From: Promethearchaeota archaeon
GTDB lineage: Archaea; Asgardarchaeota; Lokiarchaeia; Sigyniarchaeales; SOKP01
Assembly: GCA_048938005.1 (NCBI GenBank)
Contig: JBHLMQ010000012.1
Coordinates: 12,038-76,037, forward strand
Reading direction: 5' to 3'
Length of the DNA: 64,000 bases
Shown here: positions 19,307 to 29,424 of the stretch, piece by piece
How positions within the stretch are numbered: the first letter of the stretch is position 1
Layout of the letters: every line of letters starts with the position of its first letter
Position numbers and translations under genes: made by a program
Notes under the pieces: model-generated
The model's database searches: none
The model's input: only the letters and a program-made list of their open reading frames with translations
Told to the model about the DNA's origin: nothing

Positions 19307-19700
19307 GTAAAATATCATTCCAAATTTTTCTGCCCAATCCAACCTGATTTAGGCAAAATTGAAGAAATATGAAATTATTATGTTTTAAGAGGCCTATAAT
19401 ACTTCTTATCTAAAATTGAAAAATTGTATTGTGACTTTGCCAAGATTTTTGAAAAGAGAAAATGCATTATATAGAAGAATTCAAATATATTTAAGTGGAG
19501 GGAAGACATAAGAGAATAAAATATTCTGGAAAAACCTGAATCCAAAATAATATAACAAATGTTATATACAATTTCCAATTATTTCTTTAATTTTAAATTT
19601 CAAGATTAATTTTATATTTCACATTAACCAAAATAATTTTTAATTTATGAGAAAAATGGAAATTTTTTATATAAAAAATTTTAATGGGGATTTAGAATAG

Positions 19701-21308
19701 ATGGAAGAATTCTCGAGCTTTATCCGAAATACGAGAAATTTGATTATCGGAGAAATTATCAGTTTTGCATTATCCTTCGGGATTAATTTTTTCCTCATCA
19801 GATTCCTTTCAGTTAAGGATTATGGTAATTATAATTTAATCTTAACGGTTCCAGTGATCTTATTATATATCGCGGATTTTGGCCTTTATCATGGTTGTTC
19901 ATATTACGTTGCGCGGTTAGGCAAATTAAATAAGAAAGAGCAAGTACGAAATGTTATAAAGATTACATTGGTCACTAAATCCCTAATAGGGATCGGTTTG
20001 GCTATGACTATTTATTTCCTTGCTGAGAAATTTGTTCCTCTTCTATTAGGAACACAAAACCATGTACTAATTCCTCTTGTACAATTAGCCTCAATTCTTT
20101 TAGTGACTAAAAATTTATTGGAAGCAGTCAATTCCATTTTAATCGGCTCTATAAAAATGAATTTTTTCATCATATTGCTTGTAATTCAGAATGGTACAAT
20201 ATTTGTTATCACAATCTTTTTGGTACTGCTTGGTTGGAACCTTTTCGGTCCAGTCGTAGGATTAGTCATTGCAACTGGTATTGCAGGATTAATGGGACTC
20301 TTTTATATCCGGAAAAACCTTTTAAGGTATAATGGAAAAAAGCAAAGTATTGATTGGAAATGTCTGCCGAAAGTAGTGAAAAGAGGGTTCTCTTATTCCC
20401 TGATATCAGTAATACATAATGTTAGATATGAGGTTTTTATTATTTTTTTAGCAATATTTGGTTTTTATACTGAAGTTAGTTATCTCAAAGTTGGAGTTGG
20501 TATTTTCGCAATTTTCTACGTGATACTAAGACCTGTTATGATAAGTCTTTTCCCGATTTTCTCAAGGTATTCGTGGAAAATTCAAACAGAAAAAACTATT
20601 TTAAACCAAATTTTTCAATATTCCATTAAATTCTGCATTCTCTTCATTTCTCCATTGATAATATTTTGCATAATTTTTGCTTCTGAGTTAGTTCCTTTGG
20701 TCTTTGGTTTGAATTACTTGGCTGGTAGCCAATTCATATCCGTATTTTTAATTTATTTTCTACCACTCACTATTGGTATGGTGGCAGTACCATCTTTTTT
20801 TTTCAGTCAAGGTTACCAGAATCTCGCATTTTTAATAGAATTTTTTTCCTTTAGTGTAAGTATCCTTTTAGGTATTTGTTTTTCACTCTTCTTAGGAGGA
20901 GGTTTTGGATTTGCAATAGGAATCCCTCTCGGTGCTATTTTGGGGCTTATATTTGGAATTTTGATGACCAATCAAAAATTTGGGAAGGAGCTCTTTTCAA
21001 AAACTAAAGAATCAATTTTGATCATAGTTATTGCAGGATTATTATGTGGGCTTTTATTTGGCGGTTTTTATCTTTTCAACTTGATGATTGTGCTGGAGAA
21101 CCCTATTCTCAAATTACTGATAATCGGTGGAATATTCGTTTGTTTCTACATTTTGCTCTTAATTGTACTAATCCGGGTTAACCTTATTAGATACCAGGAA
21201 ATATCTTATCTCATTCAGGAGTTCCAAAATATTCCCATTTTCAATAGGATCCTACATTTTATCTTTATTATTGGGAAAAAATTGTGGAAAAAAAAAGATG
21301 ATTTTTAA
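19701..21308 (+). CDS. MOP-superfamily polysaccharide flippase (Wzx-like), multi-pass membrane protein
   Basis: 535 aa with about 12-14 hydrophobic segments, located inside a sugar-nucleotide cluster. Confidence 0.65.
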   Translation: MEEFSSFIRNTRNLIIGEIISFALSFGINFFLIRFLSVKDYGNYNLILTVPVILLYIADFGLYHGCSYYVARLGKLNKKEQVRNVIKITLVTKSLIGIGLAMTIYFLAEKFVPLLLGTQNHVLIPLVQLASILLVTKNLLEAVNSILIGSIKMNFFIILLVIQNGTIFVITIFLVLLGWNLFGPVVGLVIATGIAGLMGLFYIRKNLLRYNGKKQSIDWKCLPKVVKRGFSYSLISVIHNVRYEVFIIFLAIFGFYTEVSYLKVGVGIFAIFYVILRPVMISLFPIFSRYSWKIQTEKTILNQIFQYSIKFCILFISPLIIFCIIFASELVPLVFGLNYLAGSQFISVFLIYFLPLTIGMVAVPSFFFSQGYQNLAFLIEFFSFSVSILLGICFSLFLGGGFGFAIGIPLGAILGLIFGILMTNQKFGKELFSKTKESILIIVIAGLLCGLLFGGFYLFNLMIVLENPILKLLIIGGIFVCFYILLLIVLIRVNLIRYQEISYLIQEFQNIPIFNRILHFIFIIGKKLWKKKDDF

Positions 21309-21503
21309 ACTTTAATAAAATATAAAGTCCAGAAAAAGAAATTATTTTTTCAGATGTTGATTTTTTGTTCTTAAGGATGTTCTTTACTTGAATATGATAA
21401 CTTTTTTAGTGCAGATTCATTGTTAAAATTTGGGATTTTATCATAAAACTATATTTAAAGCGATATTAATCAAAAAAATTAAAATTAACTTTTAAATGGC
21501 ATT

Positions 21504-22526
21504 ATGAAAGTTTGTCTTGTTACTGGTGGGATGGGATTTATCGGAAGTAATTTTATAAGATATGTACTTGAATCTTATAACGATTTAAAAATTATTAATG
21601 TAGATAAATTAACTTATGCGGGAAATCCTGAAAATTTAAAAGATATTGATAAAAAGTATCCTAACAAATATGAATTCTATAAAATTGATATATGTGAATT
21701 TAACGCTGTTGATGAGATAATTCTTAAGAATGATATAGATTATATCATAAATTTTGCTGCAGAATCTCATGTTGATCGTTCAATTAATAATCCAACTTTG
21801 TTTTGTGATGCCAATATTTCTGGTACAATTAGTTTATTAAACTCTGCTAAAAAAAATAAAATCAAAAAATATCTTCAAATATCTACAGACGAGGTTTATG
21901 GGTCTTTAAGCTTCAGTGACGCTCCTTGTGACGAGAATCATAAATTGCTTCCTAACAGCCCTTATTCCGCAAGCAAAGCCTCTGCTGATCTTTTAGTAAG
22001 GGCATACCACAAGAGTTTTAATCTTCCTGTAAATATAACTCGGTGTTCTAATAACTATGGACCTTATCAATTTCCTGAAAAATTAATACCATTAATGATT
22101 AATAATGCACTAAACAACAAAGAACTACCCGTTTATGGTAAAGGAATAAATGTGAGAGATTGGATTTATGTAAAAGATCATTGCAAAGCTATTTTAAAAG
22201 TATTATTAGAAGGAAGAATTGGGGAGATTTATAATATAGGAGGAGACTCAGAGATTCCTAATATTGAATTAGTAGAACTATTGTTGAAACTTCTAGATAA
22301 ACCCAAATCATTAATAACATTTGTTAAAGATAGACCTGGTCATGATTTAAGATACGCAATAAATCACAATAAAATAACAAAAGAATTAAATTGGAGACCT
22401 GAAGTAGATTTTGAAAAAGGATTAAAAATGACTGTTGATTGGTATATTTCTAATAAAAATTGGTTAGAAAATGTGACAACTAAAGAGTATTTAAAGTTTT
22501 ATGAGAAACAATATAAATATAGATAA
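21504..22526 (+). CDS. rmlB: dTDP-glucose 4,6-dehydratase
   Basis: LVTGGMGFIGSNF, ISTDEVYG, YSASKASADLL, RCSNNYGPYQFPEKLIP. Confidence 0.9.
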   Translation: MKVCLVTGGMGFIGSNFIRYVLESYNDLKIINVDKLTYAGNPENLKDIDKKYPNKYEFYKIDICEFNAVDEIILKNDIDYIINFAAESHVDRSINNPTLFCDANISGTISLLNSAKKNKIKKYLQISTDEVYGSLSFSDAPCDENHKLLPNSPYSASKASADLLVRAYHKSFNLPVNITRCSNNYGPYQFPEKLIPLMINNALNNKELPVYGKGINVRDWIYVKDHCKAILKVLLEGRIGEIYNIGGDSEIPNIELVELLLKLLDKPKSLITFVKDRPGHDLRYAINHNKITKELNWRPEVDFEKGLKMTVDWYISNKNWLENVTTKEYLKFYEKQYKYR

Positions 22527-22618
22527 TTGTAAAATGAAAATATTAATAATAGGCATAATTTGATTTTTTTATGTACTTCTGTTTGATAATTTAAGCTCCC
22601 CTGTAATGATATTAATAT

Positions 22619-24904
22619 TTAAATAACCCAATAATACGGAGTACTCCTTCCATCTTCACTTTTTGAAACACAGATTCTATTTAAATAAGTTAAATTATAA
22701 TACATTTCAATCTCTTCATCGGTTAAATAACCAATTAATTCTGAACCTGATACTAAAAGATAACTATCGGTTACTATTAAGAAAACATCCTTTCCTGAAT
22801 CATTTTTTAATTCAACAAGGATATTTGTTCCATTTTGTATATGTAGCCTAGGATTTAGATAGTCTTCTGAAACTGTAAGAAAAAGTATAATGGAAGTAAG
22901 TGGGCGAGATGCATTATTTTCATCAAAAGGATAATCATAATAAATAAAAATGGGACCCCATCCAAATTCTGCTATTATAACATTTTGATTAGAAGTATAG
23001 TTAGAATACCATTGAACAGTGCTTACCTCTCGTCTTTTTAAACTATAAAATTCAATTGAGGATTGAGCTTCGAAATAAGTAGCAAATAAAGAGAAAGTTA
23101 TTATAAATATCATAAAAAATTTTAATTTTATTTTCTGTATTGAGTTGGCTTTAACTAATTTATAGAAATACGATACAAATCCAATAGCAATTAATATAGA
23201 TGATAAATAAAATATTCTAGAAAAAAAAGTAAATGAGCCTGTAATGAAATCAAATAAAAAACCAGCAATTAAAATAATTCCTAATGCAAATCCCCATAAT
23301 AACAATGGTTTTCCCCTTGGTTTGTATTGGAGTATCCATAATCCCCAAATTGCAAACGCGCATATAATTAATATTTCAAATCCAGTAAAAACTACTACAA
23401 GGCTAAATTTAAACAACAATATATTAGTAATCGCGAAGATGAATGTAAATATTATACCAAAAGTAAAAATGAGAGGAAAAAGTAATTTTTCTTCTATTTT
23501 TTTTAATATTTTATGTTTTTTCCCTTTAATAATTAAAGAATATCTACCCCTCTCAAAGCTCATTGACTTACGATAATGTAAAAGTACGAATCCTTCCAAT
23601 ATTCCAAATATTATTACCCCAAATAAAATATAGTACCATGATATGGTGGTTAATCTATTAAAAACAATGAAATGTCCAGTACTAATATTTAAAAAATAAA
23701 AGATAAAAAAGATACATAAACAACCACATAATAAAATAAAATCATTACCTCTCCTATAACTTTTAAAAAAATAAATTAAATAAACCCATAAGAAAGAAAT
23801 TAAAAAAATCATAGCGATTAATGAATGAACCAAGAGACAACTAATAAAAATTATGATAAATAAAAAATATGTAAAAAACATGCCAGAGAAAATCTGCTCC
23901 TTACTTGGTTCTTTTTCTTTAATTAAACTTTGCAATCTTATATATAAAAGAAAAAATAATGTTATTCCTTGAATTAAGGCTAAACTAGAAGGCCAAAACT
24001 GAGACATCATACTTAAGAATCCTAATGATGAAAAAACTAAAATATAAATCCCAAATATTGCTAAATTCTTATTTCTAAAAATCCTCATAAAGAGATTATA
24101 TATAATTATAGAAGATAATGGAAACGTATAAAAAACAAAAAATTTGGGAATTAAAAAAATATCTATTCCTGAAAAAAAATGGAATATAGCCCCAAAAATG
24201 TGGAATCCAAAGGTGCCGAAATAATCAGTTAAAGGCAAATAATTTATATCTGTTATAAATTTAATAATTGAAATATGCATCCAAGGGTCTGTTCCTATAA
24301 ATATACTAGTCCCAAAAATTCCTAAGATACAAACCAAAAAAATAAAAATACTTAATAAAACAGAGGTTGAAAATCTAAACTTTTTAATAGAATTTAAAAT
24401 AGAAAAATTCTCAATAAAATTATTTTTATAATCAGAAGTAAATTTTAATTCAATTATATTAAATTTTCCTTTCTTCAAATCAATAATAAAAATCCATAAA
24501 ATAATTAATAAGTAAGTTATCAACAAAATAAAGAAGAAAAACAATCCAGTTAAAGCAAATCCTAAATAAAAGCCAAAAATTCCAACAAGTATATAAAAGG
24601 ATAAATTAGCTACAAAGGTAATAGCTAATCGTTCTAAAAAATTCAATTTTTTTTTTTTAAATATAATAAAAACAATCGGATAAAGAGGTAAAAATAAGAG
24701 TGTAAACCCTGTACTTATATAAACAATTAAATGAAAAAACCAATCTAAAAAAATAATTTGCGATAAACCAGAAACTATATTAAAATTTATAATTCTGAGA
24801 AATATAAATATTAAGGATATTATAGAGATTAATATTATAAATAGATGAATCCTTATTTTTATGAAAAAAATTATAGTATTAAATTTCAAATTTTGAATTT
24901 TCAT
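22619..24904 (-). CDS. Large polytopic membrane protein with C-terminal soluble domain (GT-C-like glycosyltransferase or polymerase candidate)
   Basis: 761 aa, about 18 hydrophobic segments, then a soluble tail of about 150 aa. The loop motif IGTDPWMHISII is reminiscent of the STT3/AglB first-loop DP(W/Y) motif, but no WWDYG was found. Confidence 0.4.
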   Translation of the reverse strand: MKIQNLKFNTIIFFIKIRIHLFIILISIISLIFIFLRIINFNIVSGLSQIIFLDWFFHLIVYISTGFTLLFLPLYPIVFIIFKKKKLNFLERLAITFVANLSFYILVGIFGFYLGFALTGLFFFFILLITYLLIILWIFIIDLKKGKFNIIELKFTSDYKNNFIENFSILNSIKKFRFSTSVLLSIFIFLVCILGIFGTSIFIGTDPWMHISIIKFITDINYLPLTDYFGTFGFHIFGAIFHFFSGIDIFLIPKFFVFYTFPLSSIIIYNLFMRIFRNKNLAIFGIYILVFSSLGFLSMMSQFWPSSLALIQGITLFFLLYIRLQSLIKEKEPSKEQIFSGMFFTYFLFIIIFISCLLVHSLIAMIFLISFLWVYLIYFFKSYRRGNDFILLCGCLCIFFIFYFLNISTGHFIVFNRLTTISWYYILFGVIIFGILEGFVLLHYRKSMSFERGRYSLIIKGKKHKILKKIEEKLLFPLIFTFGIIFTFIFAITNILLFKFSLVVVFTGFEILIICAFAIWGLWILQYKPRGKPLLLWGFALGIILIAGFLFDFITGSFTFFSRIFYLSSILIAIGFVSYFYKLVKANSIQKIKLKFFMIFIITFSLFATYFEAQSSIEFYSLKRREVSTVQWYSNYTSNQNVIIAEFGWGPIFIYYDYPFDENNASRPLTSIILFLTVSEDYLNPRLHIQNGTNILVELKNDSGKDVFLIVTDSYLLVSGSELIGYLTDEEIEMYYNLTYLNRICVSKSEDGRSTPYYWVI

Positions 24905-24918
24905 TATAATAAAATATT

Positions 24919-25113
24919 TTACTTAATTTTTAAATCAATTTTATAATTATTGCAATACCAATTTAAATAATCCTTTAGATCTTGCTCTTGATTATACTCG
25001 AGCTCGAATTTAATTAGATCTTTTGCTTTAGATATATCTAAAGTTTTTTTATTTTCAAAAGACAAAATCAAACAAATAAAATTATTTAAGTCATTATTAA
25101 AATTTGATGAATA
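24919..25113 (-). pseudogene. C-terminal remnant of an NAD-dependent sugar epimerase/dehydratase (no start, N-terminal roughly 250 aa missing)
   Basis: My minus-strand translation gives ...ENKKTLDISKAKDLIKFELEYNQEQDLKDYLNWYCNNYKIDLKIK*. This matches the typical SDR C-terminus pattern D.sKak..lg..p...l.egl....W. The frame opens just after a TAA and contains no ATG, GTG or TTG. Confidence 0.4.
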
Positions 25114-25269
25114 TTACATTTATTTTTTTATTTAATTAATATTAATTGTATTCGATTTTGAAATAATAAAAATACATTAAATAAATAAAATTATTAAAAG
25201 ATTTAATTTAGGTATCAATATTTTTCATTAAAAAAAAATTTATGATAATTTGAAATTTTTTCCTAAGTT

Positions 25270-26241
25270 ATGATTAAAAATAAAACCATTATAATAACGG
25301 GCGCTGCTGGTTTTATAGGGACTCATTTGACAGAATTATTATTGAAAAATAATAATTTTTTGTTATTAATTGACAACTTTAATGATTATTATTCAGGTAA
25401 AGAAGAACAGTTAAAAGAAATAACAAAAAATTATCAGAATAAAAAAGATTTTATTCTATTTAGAGAAGATCTTACAAATAAATCCTTGTACAAAAACATG
25501 GAATATGAAATTGATTATATTTTCCATCTTGCTGCTCAAGCAGGCGTAAGATACTCGATTATGCATGCTACTGAAGTTAGTAAAAACAATATTATAAGCA
25601 CCATTAACATATTCGAATATGCTCTTAAAATAAAGACAATTGAAAAAATTGTTTATGCATCATCTTCATCAGTATATGGGAATCCTATTTATACTCCTGT
25701 TGATGAAGATCATCCAAAAAATCCTATTTCACCATATGCAATATCAAAATTATGTGGAGAAATCTATGCAAATTATTATTATCAAGAATATAATTTACCA
25801 ATTACCTCATTAAGATTCTATAGTGTTTATGGACCAAGGGGTAGACCAGACATGGCTATAAGAAAATTTTTTAATCTAATGTTTAAAAATAAAGAAATAT
25901 CAATATATGGAACCGGTGAACAAATTAGAGATTTCACTTATATCTCAGACATTATAAATGGATTAATATTAGCTTGTGAAAGAGATGCATCTAATGGAGA
26001 AATTTTTAATTTAGGGTGTTCAAATCCCATAAGTATTAATGATTTAGTAAATAAAATGTACAAAATAACAAATAAACAAAGAAAAATTAATTATATCGAT
26101 AAACAACAAGGAGATGTTGATATTACCCATTCAAATATAAATAAGGCAAAAAATCTTTTAAACTACACTCCAAAAATTGGAATAGATGAAGGATTATTAT
26201 CTCAATATCAATGGCAGATTAAAATTTTATCAAAAAATTGA
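25270..26241 (+). CDS. NAD-dependent nucleotide-sugar epimerase (UDP-glucuronate/UDP-glucose 4-epimerase-like SDR)
   Basis: IIITGAAGFIGTHL, SSSSVYG, YAISKLCGE. Confidence 0.8.
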   Translation: MIKNKTIIITGAAGFIGTHLTELLLKNNNFLLLIDNFNDYYSGKEEQLKEITKNYQNKKDFILFREDLTNKSLYKNMEYEIDYIFHLAAQAGVRYSIMHATEVSKNNIISTINIFEYALKIKTIEKIVYASSSSVYGNPIYTPVDEDHPKNPISPYAISKLCGEIYANYYYQEYNLPITSLRFYSVYGPRGRPDMAIRKFFNLMFKNKEISIYGTGEQIRDFTYISDIINGLILACERDASNGEIFNLGCSNPISINDLVNKMYKITNKQRKINYIDKQQGDVDITHSNINKAKNLLNYTPKIGIDEGLLSQYQWQIKILSKN

Positions 26242-26443
26242 AAAATCTTTACATACTTACCACTTTAAAAAAATCTTTAACATTTCTTTTCAAATTAAGC
26301 GAAAATCAACTTTTTAATTTTATATATCTTACAAATTTAATAATTAAATAAATTTTAAATTGAATAATATTAATATTAATCCCAATAAAATTCCAAAAAA
26401 CTTAACTTGAAAAAGTAGAGAACTAATAAAAGGAGCCTTATTT

Positions 26444-27301
26444 TTGAAAACTTTAAGTTCAAAGAGGAAAACAAAAACCTTAAAAAATAGATCTGAAACA
26501 AAAGATGGTAATACAAAATACTTATATCAAGATTTATACGATTACATCAAAAATTTCAAAACTAAAGAAGGTCAGATCCTTATCTCAATTATTTTACCTA
26601 TGTATAATGAAGAAAAGACAATAAAAGTAGTTTTAGAGGAATTACCATATAATAACTCTATAGAGATTATCGTTGTTAATGATCATTCAACTGATAACAG
26701 TTTAAAAGAAATTGAAAAAGTTAAATTAAAAAGAGCGATTAAGGTAATAAATCATAAAAGAAATCGGGGTTATGGAGATGCGATAGTTTCAGGAATTTCA
26801 CATGCGAATGGTAATATTATTGTAACTATGGATTCAGATGGTCAACACAGTTCTGATGATATCTTTTTTTTAGTAAAACCAATATTCGATGGGGAAGCGG
26901 ATTATACAATAGGTTCAAGGTATAAAGGAACTTACTTTTATAAATTACCTGTGTTAACTAGATTAGGAGAAGTACTAGTAGAAAAATTAATACAAATATT
27001 TTTTGGTAAAAGAGTAATGAATAATCAGACGGGATTCCGCGCTTTTAGTAGAAAAGTTCTTCCTATTTTTGATAATATCAAATATCATAGATATGCTTTT
27101 TGTACAGAACAAATTTTAAAAGTTTCATTATCGGGATTTAAGATAAAAGAATGCCCAATCAAAGTTTATAGACGTGAATATGGATCCTCAAGTATTATAT
27201 TAACAACATTAGCTAGAAGAATTTTTTCTTGTTTATTTTATTATTATATTCAAAAATTGAAATTAATGATGAAAAAAAGAAATAAAAATCGAAAATTTTG
27301 A
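26444..27301 (+). CDS. GT2 glycosyltransferase (dolichyl-phosphate hexose synthase-like)
   Basis: ISIILPMYNEEKTI, VVNDHSTDNS, MDSDGQH. The TTG start is preceded by AAGGAG. Confidence 0.8.
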   Translation: MKTLSSKRKTKTLKNRSETKDGNTKYLYQDLYDYIKNFKTKEGQILISIILPMYNEEKTIKVVLEELPYNNSIEIIVVNDHSTDNSLKEIEKVKLKRAIKVINHKRNRGYGDAIVSGISHANGNIIVTMDSDGQHSSDDIFFLVKPIFDGEADYTIGSRYKGTYFYKLPVLTRLGEVLVEKLIQIFFGKRVMNNQTGFRAFSRKVLPIFDNIKYHRYAFCTEQILKVSLSGFKIKECPIKVYRREYGSSSIILTTLARRIFSCLFYYYIQKLKLMMKKRNKNRKF

Positions 27302-27400
27302 AATCCTAAAATTATATATACAATTTTAATTTGAAACTTTTAAAAATCAATTATTAATAAAAACAAAAAATTTTTGATATTTTAGTACTTCTAAGATACT

Positions 27401-28471
27401 ATGAGAAAAATTATTACGTGTATCGGAATTCGACCAGATATTATTCGTCTTTCCCAGATTATAAAAAAATTAGATTTCTATTTTGAGAACATCATTGTTG
27501 ATAGTGGACAACATTATGATTATAACTTAAATAAAATTTTTTATGATCAGCTCGGAGTTCGCATCCCTGAATACAATTTAAATATAAAAAGTGGTACTCA
27601 TGCTTCTCAAGTGGCCAAATTAATGATTGAGTTCGAAAATACTTTATTCAAGGAAAAACCATATTTTGTTGTAGTTTTAGGTGATAATAATAGTAGTTTG
27701 GGTTTTGCTTTAGCTACTTCTAAATTAAATATTCCATTAGTCCATATCGAAGCCGGAATGCGAAGTAAAAACTGGTCAATGCCTGAAGAAAAAAATCGTG
27801 TTATCATTGATCATCTAGCAGATTTGAATCTCTGTTATTTACCCGAACATAAAGAAAATTTATTAAAAGAAGGGATAAATCCTCGGCGATGTTGGGTAGT
27901 AGGGAATCCCATTATAGAAGTTGTTCATGCCGTAAAAACAGATTTTAAACAAGATTCTCCGTTTTATTTGGTGACTTGTCATCGTGCAGAAAATACTGAA
28001 AATGAGAAAAATCTAAGGACAATCATAACTTTTCTTGGAGAGCTTTATAAAAAAAAAAATATTGAGATAAAGTATATTTTAATGCCTAAAACAAAGCATA
28101 TGATGGAAAAATATGATTTAAAATTTCCAGAGGGTGTTAATTCAATCCCCCCACAAGGATTTTTAGAATTTTTAGGAATGGAGAAAGAAGCAGAATTAGT
28201 GATTTCTGATAGTGGAACCGTTGTTGAAGAATGTGCTATTTTAGGAACTCCTTGCATGACAATACGGGAAAGTACTGAAAGAATAGATTTGATTGAACTT
28301 GGTGTAAATGTTCTAGCGGGTATTGATATTAATCAGATGCTTGATTCAGCAGAATTAGCATTATCTCGCAAGATTGAACCAGTATCTCACTATGGCAAAA
28401 ATATCTCAGATAAGATCTGTAACATATTAATAGGAAATTCTTTGAATTTCTATAAAAATCTTGAGAGATAA
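27401..28471 (+). CDS. UDP-N-acetylglucosamine 2-epimerase paralogue
   Basis: GIRPDIIRLSQI, DSGQHYDYNL, HIEAGMRS, SDSGTVVEEC. Confidence 0.8.
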   Translation: MRKIITCIGIRPDIIRLSQIIKKLDFYFENIIVDSGQHYDYNLNKIFYDQLGVRIPEYNLNIKSGTHASQVAKLMIEFENTLFKEKPYFVVVLGDNNSSLGFALATSKLNIPLVHIEAGMRSKNWSMPEEKNRVIIDHLADLNLCYLPEHKENLLKEGINPRRCWVVGNPIIEVVHAVKTDFKQDSPFYLVTCHRAENTENEKNLRTIITFLGELYKKKNIEIKYILMPKTKHMMEKYDLKFPEGVNSIPPQGFLEFLGMEKEAELVISDSGTVVEECAILGTPCMTIRESTERIDLIELGVNVLAGIDINQMLDSAELALSRKIEPVSHYGKNISDKICNILIGNSLNFYKNLER

Positions 28472-28497
28472 TTTCTTTAGAAATTATTGAATAATTG

Positions 28498-29394
28498 TTA
28501 GGATAAGTCCCTGTTTATTATATAATTTTTAAGTTCTAAGATGACTGTTTTCATATCTTTTTTTTCTATGATTTTTTCTAGATTAGAATATTTTGTAGAA
28601 AGCGATCGATCTATTTTTTCTTCTGGTTTATTAACTCTATTGATTTTTAAGTTCTTTTCAAATATATCATTGAAGATATGCATTAATTGATATTTATTGA
28701 CTGTATTGTTTGGTATGTAATGATGTATGTAGGATATTTGTAATAATTGATTATAAATATTAGATGATATTATCTGTTCACATAATTGAGCGAATTGAAG
28801 TGTAGTTACCCCATTCCATATATGGTGCTCAAAACCTCCGATAGTACCTCCTTTAGGTTGACTTAAAAACCATTCAAGTAAGAAATTTGTTCCTTTTTTG
28901 AATTCAGGACCAATTATAGAGCATCTTATTATTAACATTGAACCATCAAATACTTCACCAAGACTTTTTGATTTCCCATAAACATCTAACGGATCATGTG
29001 GATCGGTTTCAATATATTTACCTCTTTTACCAGAATATACACAATCGGTACCAATCTGAATTAATTTAATATTATGTTTTTTAGCATAACTAGCTAATTT
29101 CCATGGAAAATCTGAATTTATAAGGATTGCTCTTTTAACTCCTTCAGGATCATCATCTTTGGAGAAAGGTTTAGTAATCCCTATACAATTAATAATGTAA
29201 TCTAATTTTAGATCAAGAAATTGTTGGTCTTCTAACTGAGAAATTTCATAAGCATCAAAAAGAAACATTTTATCTTTTAAAAAATTAGAATTTCTCACAG
29301 TTCCATAAACTTTAAAATTAGGATTTTTCGAAAGGTAATCAAAAACCATTGAACCTAACATTCCGCTAACACCTAGAACTAAAATGCCTGTAAT
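28498..29394 (-). CDS. RmlD-like NAD(P)-dependent sugar reductase/epimerase; true start probably a non-AUG codon upstream of the track ATG at 29361
   Basis: YGKSKSLGE (YxxxK). The Rossmann motif ILVLGVSGMLGS is only complete if the frame is extended 5' of the track start. The frame is open to 29409 and has no ATG, GTG or TTG. ATT lies at 29392-29394 behind a GAGAGG SD-like motif. Confidence 0.65.
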   Translation of the reverse strand: MTGILVLGVSGMLGSMVFDYLSKNPNFKVYGTVRNSNFLKDKMFLFDAYEISQLEDQQFLDLKLDYIINCIGITKPFSKDDDPEGVKRAILINSDFPWKLASYAKKHNIKLIQIGTDCVYSGKRGKYIETDPHDPLDVYGKSKSLGEVFDGSMLIIRCSIIGPEFKKGTNFLLEWFLSQPKGGTIGGFEHHIWNGVTTLQFAQLCEQIISSNIYNQLLQISYIHHYIPNNTVNKYQLMHIFNDIFEKNLKINRVNKPEEKIDRSLSTKYSNLEKIIEKKDMKTVILELKNYIINRDLS

Positions 29395-29424
29395 TCTGAT
29401 TACCTCTCTTTACTTATTGAAATA

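Noticed and set aside
19378-19578. A 66-aa minus-strand ORF lies in the rmlA-to-flippase spacer.
   Set aside because: It has no recognisable domain, a hydrophobic low-complexity composition and no SD-like motif. I found no similarity to neighbouring gene families. It is probably non-coding spacer, though a small membrane peptide cannot be excluded.
22619-24904. Calling the 761-aa membrane protein the oligosaccharyltransferase AglB.
   Set aside because: The catalytic WWDYG motif and a DK/MI motif were not found. Only a weak DPW loop resemblance exists. The protein is kept as a generic GT-C-like candidate.
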